From Blasia pusilla (lineage: Eukaryota): a DNA stretch of 64,000 nt. The notes beneath the pieces were generated by a model, which did no database searches, was not told where the DNA came from, and saw only the letters and a program-made list of their open reading frames with translations. The stretch spans positions 40,238,001-40,302,000 of the forward strand of contig CM114271.1 in the NCBI GenBank assembly GCA_050084515.1, in the 5' to 3' direction. The translations under genes were made by a program, and so were the position numbers. Positions 24,315-37,490 of the stretch are shown here, in pieces (position 1 is the first letter of the stretch; each line of letters opens with the position of its first letter).

Positions 24315-25705
24315 AACTCCGGAGCGGCGGAGACTTCAAAGACTTCAAACACGACAACACGGGGGTCCCCGAGTGTGGAGCTTCAAAGTTTGAGCGCTGC
24401 ACGGGAATGACGACCAGTTGGAGTCCCTAAGTGTGGAGCTTGAGTGCAATCGAGACTCGAGAATACAAGGAGACTCACAAACGAGCGTGTCAGTCAGGAC
24501 TGGACCAGAGCAAGCGAGTCGTGAGTCTGGACTGTACGAGAGCAACGCGAGAGTCAACCAACTCAGGCCTAGATGAGAGCAACAACAGCTCAGAAGCGTG
24601 CGCAATAGTCAAGAGACGGGAAGGACGAGAGCAGCAACAGGGCGCACAAGAGTCGGGAGACGGGACTAGACGAAAGCCAAGGAGCAGGGAGGTATGCAAT
24701 GCCAACCCCTCCGATCCCGCCGGAATGTCCCCCTCGGGCGTGATGCTGTCAGCTCCTCACCTCCACGGTCCTACCAATGCCCACACGGATACCCCTTAGC
24801 CGCCTCACCCGACCTGGTGGCTTGCCCTACGATGGAGGGCTTAGATTAAATTAATCATGACACTAACAATGACTAACCCTCCCACTCTTCCAGTTTTCCA
24901 GCAACCGGTAGGTGATGCGGCAGTAAACCGGAATGAGTGGTATGGCCGACAGCCAAAAACCAATTCCGTCACATATTCCTCAGGACTCAGCAGAAAACCG
25001 TCCAATCCCTTCCCGGCCAGCAGGTTTCCGGGCACTCTCCGGCCCCTGTCGGAATTGCAACCGGCATTTTCGAACGCAGCCCGGAATTTTCTAATTTTTC
25101 CCGGTTAGGTGAACACGTAACCCCGGTTCTGCCCGTTCATCGCCCCCATCCGAGTTTGTCGGCGCCCCCTATTTTAGAAGAGGTTGGGGGGGGTATCTAA
25201 AGAGTTTAGCGGGCTCGTCGGCATCCGAGTTTGTCGGCGCCCTGTTCTAGCGGCAGTTTGCGGGTGGCGCTATTGTAGTGCGGAGGAGGCAGCGCTTTCA
25301 GCTGCATCGTCGTCGTCGTCCATTCTGAAGGAGAGTGAGTGAGTGGAGGAGCGATCGATCGCACTTTCTCCGAAGAAAAGTTGCGCAGTTTCGCGGATTG
25401 TGACGACGCTGAGAGAGCGACGGACGATTGTGTTGCGCTGAAGGAAAAGGGGAGTAATTGAGCGGACGCGGATCTGAGGATCCGAGAAGGCGACGCAATC
25501 GGAGGACGGAGTGTGAAGCGGAGGGCGGATTGCTTCGTTTTTTCGGAGGGCGAATCGGGGGCGCTTTGCGTGGGGAGTGGGGAAGTGGGGGAGGGAAGCA
25601 GAAAGGAGATAGGTTGGGGAGCGGCGGAGAGCGTTTTAGTTGTTCTTTGACTAAGGAGGAGTCGGGGGCGTTCTTCGCAGTAGGAGACAGATCAATCTGG
25701 GCACG

Positions 25706-27216
25706 ATGGTGGGCTTGGAGATGAACGATCGTAAAAGTACGAGACTTTTTTCAAGACGCACGTCCGCTTTAGGTTTTTTGTTCTCTTTGGCGCGAAGTGT
25801 TCCCACGGTGGGCCTGATTCCTGCAATCGGTGCAAGATAGGCTTCTTTTCTGTTGTGTTGGCTTGTTCTCAGCCTCGGACGCGGAATCCTTGTCTGATGA
25901 GATTGCTCGCTGAATGCAGAGATCGGAATCGGGCTGACCGGGTTCGGCGTTCTGTTCTCGTTTCTCGGGATGATATTTTTCTTTGACAAGGGACTTCTGG
26001 CTATGGGAAATGTGAGAATGCCATCGATCACGAAATTTGTGCATTTCAGTCTGACCAAATTTTCAATTTTCCTCCAAGATGGAGGTCGGAGGAATTTACG
26101 CTATTATCTTCCATGAAGTGCATGTTCAATGGTCGAGACGACGTTTGACTCAAATCTGAAAGGCACATTGTCACGAGGTCATCCGTGTTCGGCAGAATTG
26201 GTGTTCGCATATTTCTTAGCCCTGCCTTACAACTGTGGTTTTATGCAGATTCTTTTCATAGCTGGCGTAACCCTTACAATTGGTCTTAAGTCAACCATCT
26301 CGTTTTTTCTCAAACCTCGGAACTACAAGGTATTTTTGTATCCTGCGCGCATGTCAATGGAAAGGTGCCTGCAATTACCTGCTGCTCGTTCTGTAATTAG
26401 CCTCCAGAGATTTATATATGCGAGAAGAGCTATCCTTGGATTCTTGGATTTCCCTAATGATTGACAAAATTTTATTGGACTCTGCACAGCTTCCACCCAT
26501 TCCAGTTATTGAAACTACTGATGTGATTATTCTTTCCACTCGCAGGGGTCGATCTCCTTTCTGGTTGGTTTTTGTCTAGTGCTGGTCGGATGGGCTATTA
26601 TAGGGATGATTGTTGAGGCCTATGGATTCATCGTCCTTTTCAGGTTCTTTTCTCTTTCTCTCGTTTCTGGAAACCGACTGACACAGAGCACGAGTGTTGG
26701 ATCAGGTGATTTATGTATGCGTATCTCTTTCCCTGAGAAGAAGACTACTACCTTCGAATGCACGCTGGCTGTGCTTCTGAATCCGTGTGCTCTGTATGCC
26801 CTCCCAGATTCGCACATCTCTGGGTCAATTGCGTCGTGCTGCTTTATTGAGTCTCTTAAGATGTGGTTTGTGGGTATCTTGTTTGTGTGCAGCGGCTTTT
26901 GGCCAACGGTGGTTGTTTTCCTAGGCAGAATACCTGTATTAGGCTGGTTTCTCAATACGCCATTTTTAATAGCTGTAAGGGACTCTACCCCAAACTTCCG
27001 AACCTTTGAAGGTTTTGCGCCTCCTCAGAGCTTTGTGCGTGGTCTGCTTTTGATTACTTTCAAGCCATACTTTTTCCAAGCAGAAATATCACTGGAAACC
27101 AGAATTTCTACAAGTAATGTTTATTTGATTTCATGTCTAGTTTCATGTGCTAACTTCTGCTGTCGCTGGTTTTGCAGTTTTTTGATCGATTCAGAGAACG
27201 GAGGGTGCCAGTATAG
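25706..27216 (+). CDS. GOT1: Got1/Sft2-family Golgi vesicle transport protein, 6 exons
   Basis: GT-AG exons at about 25706-25736, 25920-26011, 26249-26329, 26546-26643, 26893-26974 and 27178-27216 give MVGLEMNDRKKIGIGLTGFG...FDKGLLAMGNILF..G...RRVPV*. Confidence 0.93.
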
Positions 27217-29965
27217 TGGAAACAGCTCTCTTTTCACTCTTTTCTGCATTTATATTTTAAGAGGGTAGCTTTACATTTAAGCTTCTCTACCTTGTCTTCC
27301 AAGACTTCCAAAGAGCACGAAAATTGTTGCATGTAGGGCCAACCAGTTGCTTGATCATAAACTGACCAGAAGTTTATGATTGATAGATAATGTACAGTTT
27401 TAAGAGAAAATTCAGAGGCTTTATATTGCACTTAAATTAATCGTGAAACCCTCGCTTGTTCAAGCTCTGGTGAGAATGTATGGGAAGTGGAGTCAAACTC
27501 ATTGAAGTGTTGACATAACTGAAATCAAAGTGGTTCCATTTCTTTCTACACGTCCTATGGGCTCTTGGGGGAAGGGATTTTTATATTGGTGTTGAAAACA
27601 GTGAAGGTATTTTGAAATTGATATATTCTAACCACATTCTAACTAGTCAGTTACCGGCAAGCTACCTGGCTTCAATCAGCGCCCAGGACAAAGTGATGTC
27701 CATTTCCTGCAGCTGGAGTTGAATCTGAAGTCATTTTGCCAAGGTGGGGTCAAGAATACCTTCAGGTGAGCATCGTCGTGTAATCACACCAATTTCTGTT
27801 AGGTTAAGGATGTGAATCTCTGCGAGTTTTCATTAGATTTGCCATGGCAGCTTACTTCTGGATGTGGTATGGCAGCCATAGTCAATGTCGCCAGGAGGAT
27901 TCTCCTGGTGTGTGAGAACAATCCATCCATGGCCTGTAGTTACAGAGCTTGGAAACTGCAACCCATGGTGGGGACCATGGGTGTGCAAGACAAACTCGGA
28001 CTCGAGAGAAAATTACCTTTGAGAGAGAAAGTCACCTTTGAGCAACGGAGTATCCTAAATTTCACTGGTTGAGTTTAAATCATATGTACAATAATTGAGG
28101 ATTAAGAGCTATCTTAATGGAATGTAAGGCAAAGCTTTCCCACAAGTTTTCCGTGTATCACTATGGTGCAATATCCTTTTGACACCAAAGATAGCCCGTA
28201 TGGAGTATGCGGGTCTCATATTGGTGGAGTAAGAGCAGTAAATGTGAAGGTTTCAAAACCAATTGCATTCCCAACACCCGCTCTTGAAGAGCCCCAATAT
28301 TTGAAGAAACTATTGATGGTAATCCACTTTGACTCCTGCAGTTTAAAATGGCTGTCAATAATGCACAACATTCACAACCTTCCTCACCTTCCACCAGCCT
28401 GGACAAGGGCGAGCATCTTGGTTGCTCTGGTTACTTCCAAAGTCCTGCATACTGTTCAAATTTTGGTCACCAGGTTTGAGTTTTGGCGCTTGGAAGAAGA
28501 GGAAAGCACCTTTCCTCACCCCAGAAGCCAACATCAGAAACAGAACTGCATGTGGGTGTATTTGCAGAGTGTTGGTGGCATACCCATGGAGGTAATAACC
28601 TTGGACAGCAAAATAGTCCTCGGCGACCCCATTCAAAAGATCGAAACTTGACTCAAACCTATTTTAGTCACACCCAAGCATGGTTAGTACAGGTTTAGGG
28701 ATCGCAACAGACTACTTCCGAAGGAAATAGGAGGGTCATGTGAGAAAGCCCTGTGCCAAAGACTTGATAAACGAGATGATAAGACCTATGCAAAGAGGTT
28801 ACGGTTACTGATCCAGATCTGAACTTTGAAAGACAACCGTATCTAGAGATCAGGCTGCCGTCCAGAGCCCGGTTGCATCGTAGATTTGGAGTGCCTTCAC
28901 GGTTGTGACGACTGCACAGCCTGCCGTGCAGCACTGCTGCATGGCAGAGAAGACTTGGATTTCCTACAAACAAGTGAGTGGATCTACTGTGAAGAACAAA
29001 CTCATTGTGAGGACGAAAAGCATGTGAGCATTATAGTTAGTGTAAGGTGGAGATCCTTCGCAATTGCAGTGATCAAGCAGGTGCAAAAGCCCTCCATGGC
29101 AGGAAAGGCAGGGATTGCACTCTTCTACAAACAACCGCCTGCACAGCTACTGTTAAGAAAGACTCATTATTGTACAGCTACTGTTAAGAAAGACTCATTA
29201 CTCATTTGGTTCTTCGCACAGAACCAAATCAGTCAGGACCTTCATGAGTTACATGCCTCAGTAGTAGTTGTTTAGTTTCAAGGTTGGGATCTCTGCACCC
29301 ACGGCAGACCCACACGTCGAGTGATCGAGGATGTTAAGTCTAAGAAGGTAATTGAATGATGGAGGTGACTGCAGGGGCTTTGCTCTGTTGTCCCTGCCAC
29401 TTAGGTCTCTATGGACGAAAAAACAACATGACTTCCGAAATGTAGCCATCTCACACCAAGGCCGAAACTTCGGATCTCGCCACATCATTCAGAAAGAGAA
29501 ACAACCGGAGCCTATCACGACATGATTCATTGATGGTTGTCCACCCGCATCTCTGCAGAGGAGAATTAGTTCTGACACGAGAACTGGTCATGTAATGAAT
29601 CTGTATAAGCTTCGAATGAGGTTGGCCGACAGTGCTCTCTCCAGCCAAGTGCAGAATCAGACGAGACGTGGAACACATGAAGAGAAGGTGCGCGGAGTTG
29701 AAGTCACCTGCTCACACGTCTGAAATTGGAATTGAATTCGACTCCAACGCTTCTACAAGAACAGGATCAATCGTACCTGTACAGGAATAGACGACAAAAC
29801 AAATCCACCAGCTGGAGTGCCGCCAACACTTTCAACAGTCTTTGACTCCGCAAAAAGAGATTTCGTACCCTCTTTATCTGTACACAAAGAGCTTCCTGAT
29901 GTAAACAATTCCTTGAGGACAAACACCCTAGAACACATCAGAAGCGCACAATTCTCAGTGCCGAT

Positions 29966-30475
29966 TTACTGCACAAGTTCATACTCGTCATCTTTCAAGT
30001 GGGCGAAGAACTTGACCGGCTTCCCGTCCACCTCTATCGTAAACTGCGTCTTCACGGGGAAAGTGGCGGACACTGGCTTGCCTTTCCACTGGCCTATGAC
30101 TTCCTTCACTTCGCCTTCTAATCCTTGTATGTCCAAATTCGGCGCCTTCATGACATGGTACACTGTCAGCGGCGTCTTCACGCGAATTCTGCTTCCAGGC
30201 CCCACAGTCGTCGCCGTCTCCTGTCCTTCGCTGGATTGCGAATGCCCAATGCTCAAGTCCACTTGACACACTACTCCTCTCCTCCTACTCCTCCTCTCGC
30301 TGGCGCTGGGAATGGCCACGGCGCACGCGCCTCCAATCCTCCTCCTCAGCGGCCCCGAGCCCAAGGAATTCTCCACTCCGATCGCCTTACTCCGTATCCC
30401 TTCCCGCTGCACCGCAGTACATGCAGAAATCGCCTGCGCGCACACACATCCCGCCACTCTCATTCCCATAGCCAT
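29966..30475 (-). CDS. Ferredoxin-thioredoxin reductase variable chain, plastid-targeted, intronless
   Basis: GSRIRVKTPLTVYHV.K.P..DIQGLEGEV...WKGKPVSATFP...FFAHLKDDEYE after a basic, Ser/Ala-rich transit-like N-terminus. ATG at 30475. Confidence 0.92.
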   Translation of the reverse strand: MAMGMRVAGCVCAQAISACTAVQREGIRSKAIGVENSLGSGPLRRRIGGACAVAIPSASERRSRRRGVVCQVDLSIGHSQSSEGQETATTVGPGSRIRVKTPLTVYHVMKAPNLDIQGLEGEVKEVIGQWKGKPVSATFPVKTQFTIEVDGKPVKFFAHLKDDEYELVQ

Positions 30476-30929
30476 TTCTCTCTCTTTCCTGTCTGTCTGT
30501 CTATCTATCTCTTCCTCACACGACACTCGTGCGCTGATCTTACAACTACAACTCTACCGTCGTCCTTGGCTTCGCTTGCTCGAGTGGGATCGCCGCATTC
30601 ATACACCGAGAGCAGAAATCCGTCTCGTCCCCGAATGGAAAGGAGAGCCTGGATAAAAAGAAATTCTCCTCTCTCTCTCACTCGGTCGCTCGCACCTCAA
30701 GGCAGGAAACACAGGGAGAGGGAGGGGGAGGAGATGGAGCAGGAGTCCATAGCCGAGAAGAAACGAGACGACCAATACAATAGAGAGATCGAAAGAAAGA
30801 TAGCACAGGCGTTTGTTTCTCTACACTTTGCCCTTTCTGTGTAGCGCGCGCGGATAGCAGTCACGTGGAGCGCGTAGCGAGACGAGACAGCGTATGGGGA
30901 CATATCCGCCCTTTTCATTATTCATTTCA

Positions 30930-31970
30930 TCTATATTATAATGGCCACCTTATATCTAAAATAACAAAATATTGTGACAATTTTTTAATTTTTTTAATAT
31001 TCTAAATATTTTCAACCAATCAAAGAAAATTTCTAATTGACAGAATTTTCAAAATGAATTTTCAAAAATAATTTAAATTATGTATAACACGGGCTCACTA
31101 TAATCGAACAAATAGCAATAAGATATTTTTGCCCCTTGATCCATATTTGATGGAAAAAAAATTTGAATGGAAGAGAAAATTTTAAATTTATTTATATTAT
31201 GCTGAGCAATCTTATATGTATATTAAAACAAAAAAGTAGGATATTAAGACAAAATAGGAACAAGGTTGCAATTTTCTCCTTTAATTCCCATTTAATGGAA
31301 GAGGAGATTGATTTTATTAATTAAAAACAGTTATTAATTAATGAGAGTTATTTTGATGGGAGGAATAGAAGGAGAATATTATGAATTATTTAGGAGAGTG
31401 GTTTATATACTAGATCATTCTAAGTTATACCACTCTTTAAATTCTAATTAAGGAGTGGAATTATTAAGGAGAGTGGTTTATACTCTAAATTATTCTAAGT
31501 TATACCACTCCTTAAATTTTAATTAAAGAGTGGAGTTATTTAGAAGAGTGGAATGTTATTACTCTTTTAAATTTTGAAAAACAAAAAAAAATGAAAAATA
31601 GATGAATTTTTTAAAATAATAATGAAAATTCACGTATGATATTTTGGAAAATGAAAATTAATTTGAATGGAAATGGAAATTATGTTAATAATTAAGATTA
31701 AATAGCAATTTATTTAATGAATGCTATTTTGAAGGGGAGTGTGGAAGTGGAATAGTAAGTATTGCTATTTATTACTTTTATGGAGGGAGAAATTACTTAT
31801 GGGAGTTGGGTTTTATTTAAATCTTAATTGAGGAATGGAATCATTTAAAAAAATAAAATTTACTACTCTTTTAAGATTTAAGAAAATGGAAATTGTACTT
31901 AAATTTTTAAATGATATATTTAAATTATTAAAAAAAAAAATTGATGCGCAAGCACGAGCATGCTAAATTG
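30930..31970 (+). mobile_element. AT-rich non-autonomous Helitron-like element
   Basis: A|TCTATATTATAAT 5' end, internal GGAGTGG repeats, degenerate 3' hairpin TGCGCAAGCACGAGCATGCTAA. Homologous in inverted orientation to ~55400-55950. Confidence 0.55.
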
Positions 31971-34591
31971 TTTCGTTTATTATTAAAGTTTCCAAGAAGA
32001 TTTGGAGTGGGCTAGTTATCCTATACTCTTAGTCTAGCCTTTGTTGTGATTTCAAGATTCCATATCTTGTTTGGTTGGTTGTTCCATATTTGCATTTTTA
32101 TATTATGGATAAAGTCTCCATTGTTATATAAAGCTAAATAAATAATAGGTTATTTGAGAAAAAAAAATGTATATTTAGAAAAAAATTTAAACCAGGTGCA
32201 ATGAATGACACTAGAATTTTACCTTCACTGCAATAGCATATGAATGGACTGGAAGGGCTCTTGTTGCTCTCTCTATGATATGAACGTAACTTACAAAAAA
32301 AATTTCTATGTGTCATTCCAAGCCTCCACAATATCTTGTCGTGATGCCTAATGCTTGAGCTTACTTACTAGTGTTTTTAAATTATTTGCGAATGAGATGA
32401 ATGAATGAATTATATTCATGAAATTAAAATTAAAATTTTAAAAATAGCAAAAGTAATCTTAACCTTTCATAAAATCGCATTTTGCATTCACAATCAATTT
32501 TACATTTCATAACCTCTTCTCACTTTAATATCATAGATTATTAATGTGGAGCCCCCACGAAGTTCATAGTTATGTGATCTAAAAAATATTTAAAGGAGAA
32601 TTTAGATGGGAGAAATTATAGTTGAGCGAGGAGAAATAGAGTGGGAGAATATTTGCAAAGGAAAATAAATTTAGAAAGTTCTGTTTTTGTAAGGAAAGGA
32701 TAGAAAGTGGAAAAGGCTTAAGAAGGAAGTAGCATGGGAAAAAAAGTACAATTCAACAATAGGAAAACATCTTGAAAATTTTGAGAATGGAAAAGAAAAA
32801 GTTGATGAAGAAGACGAAAAAATACAATCATACAAAAATCTCTATCTTTTAAAAGTTATTCTTGATGATAACATAAAATACTCTTCCATTGGTATGACAT
32901 ACATACATATACATAATATTAAGCAAACTCTTGTTTACTCACGAAAGTGAAGTTACAAGAATTTTTTCCATGATAGTTTACTAGTACTACCAAATTAAAA
33001 TAAATAAATAGATTAGTAAATTCATGTTATGGTTTTATGAGAGGTAGTCCAAAACAAAATATATACCCAACAAATCTTGATACAAAGCACAAACACATTG
33101 GTACTAATTCTACCAATCTCATTGCTTATCTTCCCAATAACATAGTTTTTTTCTTTGAAATTAACTTATCATTTTGGAGTGTGATCCTATTAATAGATTC
33201 TTGTGTGCATACTCATCACTAGTTATAAATAACATATATTGGTGTCATTACTCATATACACATAAACACAAGACATCATATGCATTCATGACATCTACAC
33301 ACGCATGAAAAAGTATATAATTAATATTTATTATGAAAGAATTTAGAAGATCAACATGAATTTTTAAAAGTATTAGTCAAAATTACATAATCAATTTTTT
33401 CTCATATGTCAACCCGAATTCATTCTCCTAGTAAGGGGTCTAGATTACTCACAAAGCATAACATAACTCTCGTGCATCATGAAAGAATCATAACCAAGAC
33501 TTGACTCAAACCTATAATGAGAAGATGAAAAGTTAGAACAAACCAATTCAAATGACAGCACCCACACCAAGAGTAAACCAAAAGCATTCAAGATGAATTT
33601 CTCAGTGTGGAGATTTTTCTTGGCTGGTTCGGTTGAACCATATTGCCATTGCTCTTATCCTCTAGGCATTCAACTCCTATTGATAGTCATCTAATCTTGC
33701 GAGACATAAGGTTGCTTTAATGTAGTTTCACATCAATTGAAACCTAGTATTGACCTTAGATATTGAAATCAATTCCTAAGTGGATTCTCCATTTAGGGAT
33801 TGATTGTGCTCATGGAATTGAAAATCCCTCACTTTTGGTAATTCCCAAACCCTTACATCCTCTCCTATACTCCCAAAGCTATTGGATGATCACGCCTAAA
33901 ATAGGCCGGTCGCAGATGACCAGGGAAATTCAATCGAAGGATGGGGAAACCCTAAACCATAATCCCCTTAACCACTCCTCCTAAATTTTCTCAACCTATC
34001 TTCCGACTTTTAGATCTAATGGTGGAGGGTATCAATACACTTTCCTTGTTTGAGTTCAACCCTCTCGAATATCACTTATCGAGGCAGAAGAATCTCATAG
34101 ACTGAATTCTGCTCCAAGATTCTTCTGCTCCCTGGTGTTTCGACATTCAATACTGTTGAAACCGTCACTACAGTACCACGAAGGATGTCTATAGCCGGGC
34201 GACATGGCCCCGACAATTAGCATTCTACCCTTTCAGGAGATTCTCCTCACATCATAAAATAAGCCACTGCTTAATTTCTCTGTTGTGAATAAGACTTTCT
34301 CTTTGCTCATAAATCAACAATTTGTTCACAAAAACTGAGAACTCAGCTACAATGATTGCGCACTCTACTCGAACCCCAGGCCACATGCACTAGGAATGCT
34401 GGTTTGATCATCAGAACCTGGCTTTCAAAATCTCTGGCAAGCACAAGATGGTGAGAGACACTTTCATGAAGGAGAGCCGTATGTTTTAAGAGGAAGCCTA
34501 AAAGCTTCATTCAATGAGTGGTGTATTACAAACTACCAGTGACACTAATTGTAGTGGACAGAAAGGCTTCCACTTCTGCAAAAGAAGCAAA

Positions 34592-35792
34592 TTAGATGGA
34601 TTTTACTGCCTCTGCAGCAAAACCTTTTCTTCTTCTTCTTCTTCTTCCTCTTCCTTCTTCCTCTTCCTCTTCCTCTTCCTCTTCCTCTTCACCATCCTCA
34701 TCCATGTCCTCGTAATCTTCCTCGTCTCCTTCCTCACCTTCAGCACTTGCACTAGAGGGTTGCCATTCTTCAGGTGATTCATAATCATCAGAAATTGCTT
34801 CCTTTTGAGACATGACCATGTGTCTTATGATTCTCTCATCTTTCTCAAACAAGGCATTCAAGTCATTAATTACATCTGTGCCGATCTCAATGTTCATGAG
34901 CACATAATTTGCTTTTTCAGCCTTCTTAATCTTGTATGCAAGTCGCCTCATACCCCAGTCATTGATTCTGTATATAAAACCTTTATTCTCCAATATGAAG
35001 CCTGCAAAACATCAAACTGTATGAGCAAAACGCTCCATCCCTTTGCATCGGTGCACGCATGAAGTCCACATTTCAACTCAACAATCTCATGTCACAAGTT
35101 CAAATCTGACCAGCCATACCAGAGGAAAGCTTCCTTTCTATGAAGAATATACCTGTGACTTTTTCTTTCACTGCTTGTACTTCCTCCACATTCTTTTCGT
35201 GGATCATAAACATAATTTCATAGTGCTTATCTGCAGCCAACCGCAAGGCATCGACTGCGTGTTACGAAGGCTTTTCACACATGACAGTATTCTGAGTAGT
35301 GAACATAAACACAAAGGGAGCATAGCGCTCACAGAAGCATTCCATCCAAAGAATCATCAACATAAATGCTTAGTGTTGAGCTGCAGCCCACAGCCAGACA
35401 TGTCACCAAAGGGGTTCACAGAAGGCAGCCTTGCATGCACAAATAGGTTGAAAAGGAGCTCACATGTATCCATAGCTAAACCACTTTGTAGGTCCAACTG
35501 CAAAAAGCTTGCAAGCTCATCTGCACACGGAATAAATTCGAGCAATCCACAACCATCCTATGATCAGTTTCCTTATTTTTTCATCGCACGAGGCCTCCAG
35601 GCACATTATTTCATGACCAAAACATGGACCAAGGTAGTGTAATTATCCAGGCAGAGGTGCAGGCGAAGTACCACGTATGAATGCTAGAAAACCAGGAAAC
35701 ACACCTTTGTCAAGCTCATCAAAATCAGGTAGGAAGTCTTCGAACTTCTGTGCCTCTTTCTGCCTTCTTGCATCTAAATCGTCGGAAGCCAT
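34592..35792 (-). CDS. Organellar ribosomal protein bS6-family protein with acidic tail (RFC3-like); 5' end unresolved
   Basis: Spliced MASDDLD...DELDK/DKHYEIMFMIHE...KVT/..ENKGFIYRINDWGMRRLAYKIKKAEKANYVLMN...DERIIRHMV; GAG/GAA-repeat acidic tail. Confidence 0.85.
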
Positions 35793-36717
35793 GGTGGGAA
35801 TCTGCATCCAGTGTGCTCAGTCTACTGGAAAAGCTGGAAACGCAAGTAAAAGCCTTCTTGCGGAAATGGCTTTCTTCCTCAGATTGCTAAAACGGTTCCT
35901 TCTGACTCTCTTGAAGCAAGGAACTGTCTTCGACAAAAAAGCAGGGACACGCTTCTGATGGACTGGAAGATTTTGCAGCACCCCTCTCTCTCATCAGGTA
36001 CACAATCCAAACAGCCGTTCGAATTTCTGAGAAGTTGTGCACAAGCAGAGGAAAAGGCGGACGAACAAACATTTCAGAGGTGCCAGGATTTGCTGATAAG
36101 TGCACAATTTGGTTCAATTTCACATCTTACATACCCGCCATCTCTGTCGGCGGACTCCACACGCTGATTTCGACTCCCATGGGAACTGCAGCGAAGATGG
36201 GCCTCTGCCTCTGCCTCTAACTCGCTGCTGTGCTGCGAGCGCTGCGCATGCAGCTCAAATTTCCGCATCAGAATGGACGGCTTGGAGACAGTTGAAGGAG
36301 GACTTGACAAGAGGTATGGTAGCAGCTGCTGCTCAGAAGTGCACGAGCATGGGCTGGTTCTTAGCACGACTACGCTCTGCGACTTCGGACTGGAATCCAC
36401 GGCGAGCGAGCTCAGGGTCCCAGAGCTTCCGCTACGGGAGTCTTTTTCCAGGGGCCAATTTTACAATGACGTTCCTGAAAATCCTCGTCGCCGTGGCTCT
36501 GCTTCGAGAATTGAAATCATCCAGAGGAGACGGACTCCTGCGACAGTGAGGAGATAGGCGAATTCCAGGCAGGGAGTCTCTCATTAACCAACGTCCAGTG
36601 ACTAAGCCCAAGTCCAGTGAATTTTTCTCGGCCTGTGGACTCTTTCAATGCGCGTCCATGGCAGGCGCTACACGCTTGACCCTGAAACGAACTCAGAGAA
36701 AACGGAATGCCAGCTCC

Positions 36718-36721
<4 letters not shown>

Positions 36722-36761
<40 letters not shown>

Positions 36762-37490
36762 CCGAGATGGAGATGAAGATGAAGAAGTGCTGCAGCAACC
36801 AGTGCCAGCTCGTCCCACCGCTGGAATGGCCGTGACCATCGCCATCGCCATGCGTCCCCGAGGCCTTGAGCTCGAGCTACCTCCTCTGCACTCCTGTCGC
36901 AAATCCCAACACCCCCCAAAACCCTACACCTCTCCACCCCTCGTACCCATCCCCCCGAAACCCCAGTCGCCTTCAACTTAGCCTAACCGCAGAATAACGA
37001 CGCCCACCAATTATTACTATCCCCCTCATGCCCTCAACTCTGGGTTCCACTTCCCAACCCCCTCAGAGAAATCGCACCTGCTGCTCACAGAGGAAAACCC
37101 AGAGGGAGAGAGGGTGGTCTATGGTCCGCTTGTCGACCAGAGGGTTGGGTTTCCCATCACCCGCCTTTTACTAAGGCTTCGCTTTTCTTTCCACAGACGA
37201 CATCTCAGCGCACAGAGGAAGGAGACAGGAGTAGAGAGTTACCCACATAGGAAGGGAGAGAGAGAGAGAGAGAGAGGGAGGGAATGTGTGCCTGTGTTGG
37301 CATTTAGATCGTGGAGTGACGCTCACGCGGACCCCAACATACTGAACTTCAACAGACAGGAGGAAGAAGACGGACATAGAGAGGCCTTCTTCCTCTTCTG
37401 TACAGACAAAATCCAAACCCTCGAAGGAACGGGAGAGGGAGAGAGATTTGCTTCTGTTTCTTGATTCACGGAGGAGAGAGAGAGAGAGAG
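36722..37490. promoter_or_regulatory. Divergent promoter/5'UTR region with (GA)n microsatellites between bS6 and PRP4
   Basis: (GA)n tracts near 36723-36755, 37255-37277 and 37474-37490; the genes are head-to-head. Confidence 0.5.

Larger units (their letters stand above)
11003..25125 (-). mobile_element. Putative full extent of the hAT element, with Gypsy copy 2 nested inside
   Basis: CAAGGTT at 11003 and AACCCCG at 25119-25125 are imperfect inverted CAGGGTT-like termini. CCGG-rich subterminal tracts lie at both ends, and the 78-bp repeat resumes outside. No clean 8-bp TSD. Confidence 0.45.

Noticed and set aside
24345-25200. Cluster of short GC-rich ORFs
   Set aside because: No motifs; best explained as the non-coding end of the hAT element.
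30125-30844. 239-aa plus-strand ORF
   Set aside because: Antisense shadow of the FTR gene and its CT/GA-rich leader.
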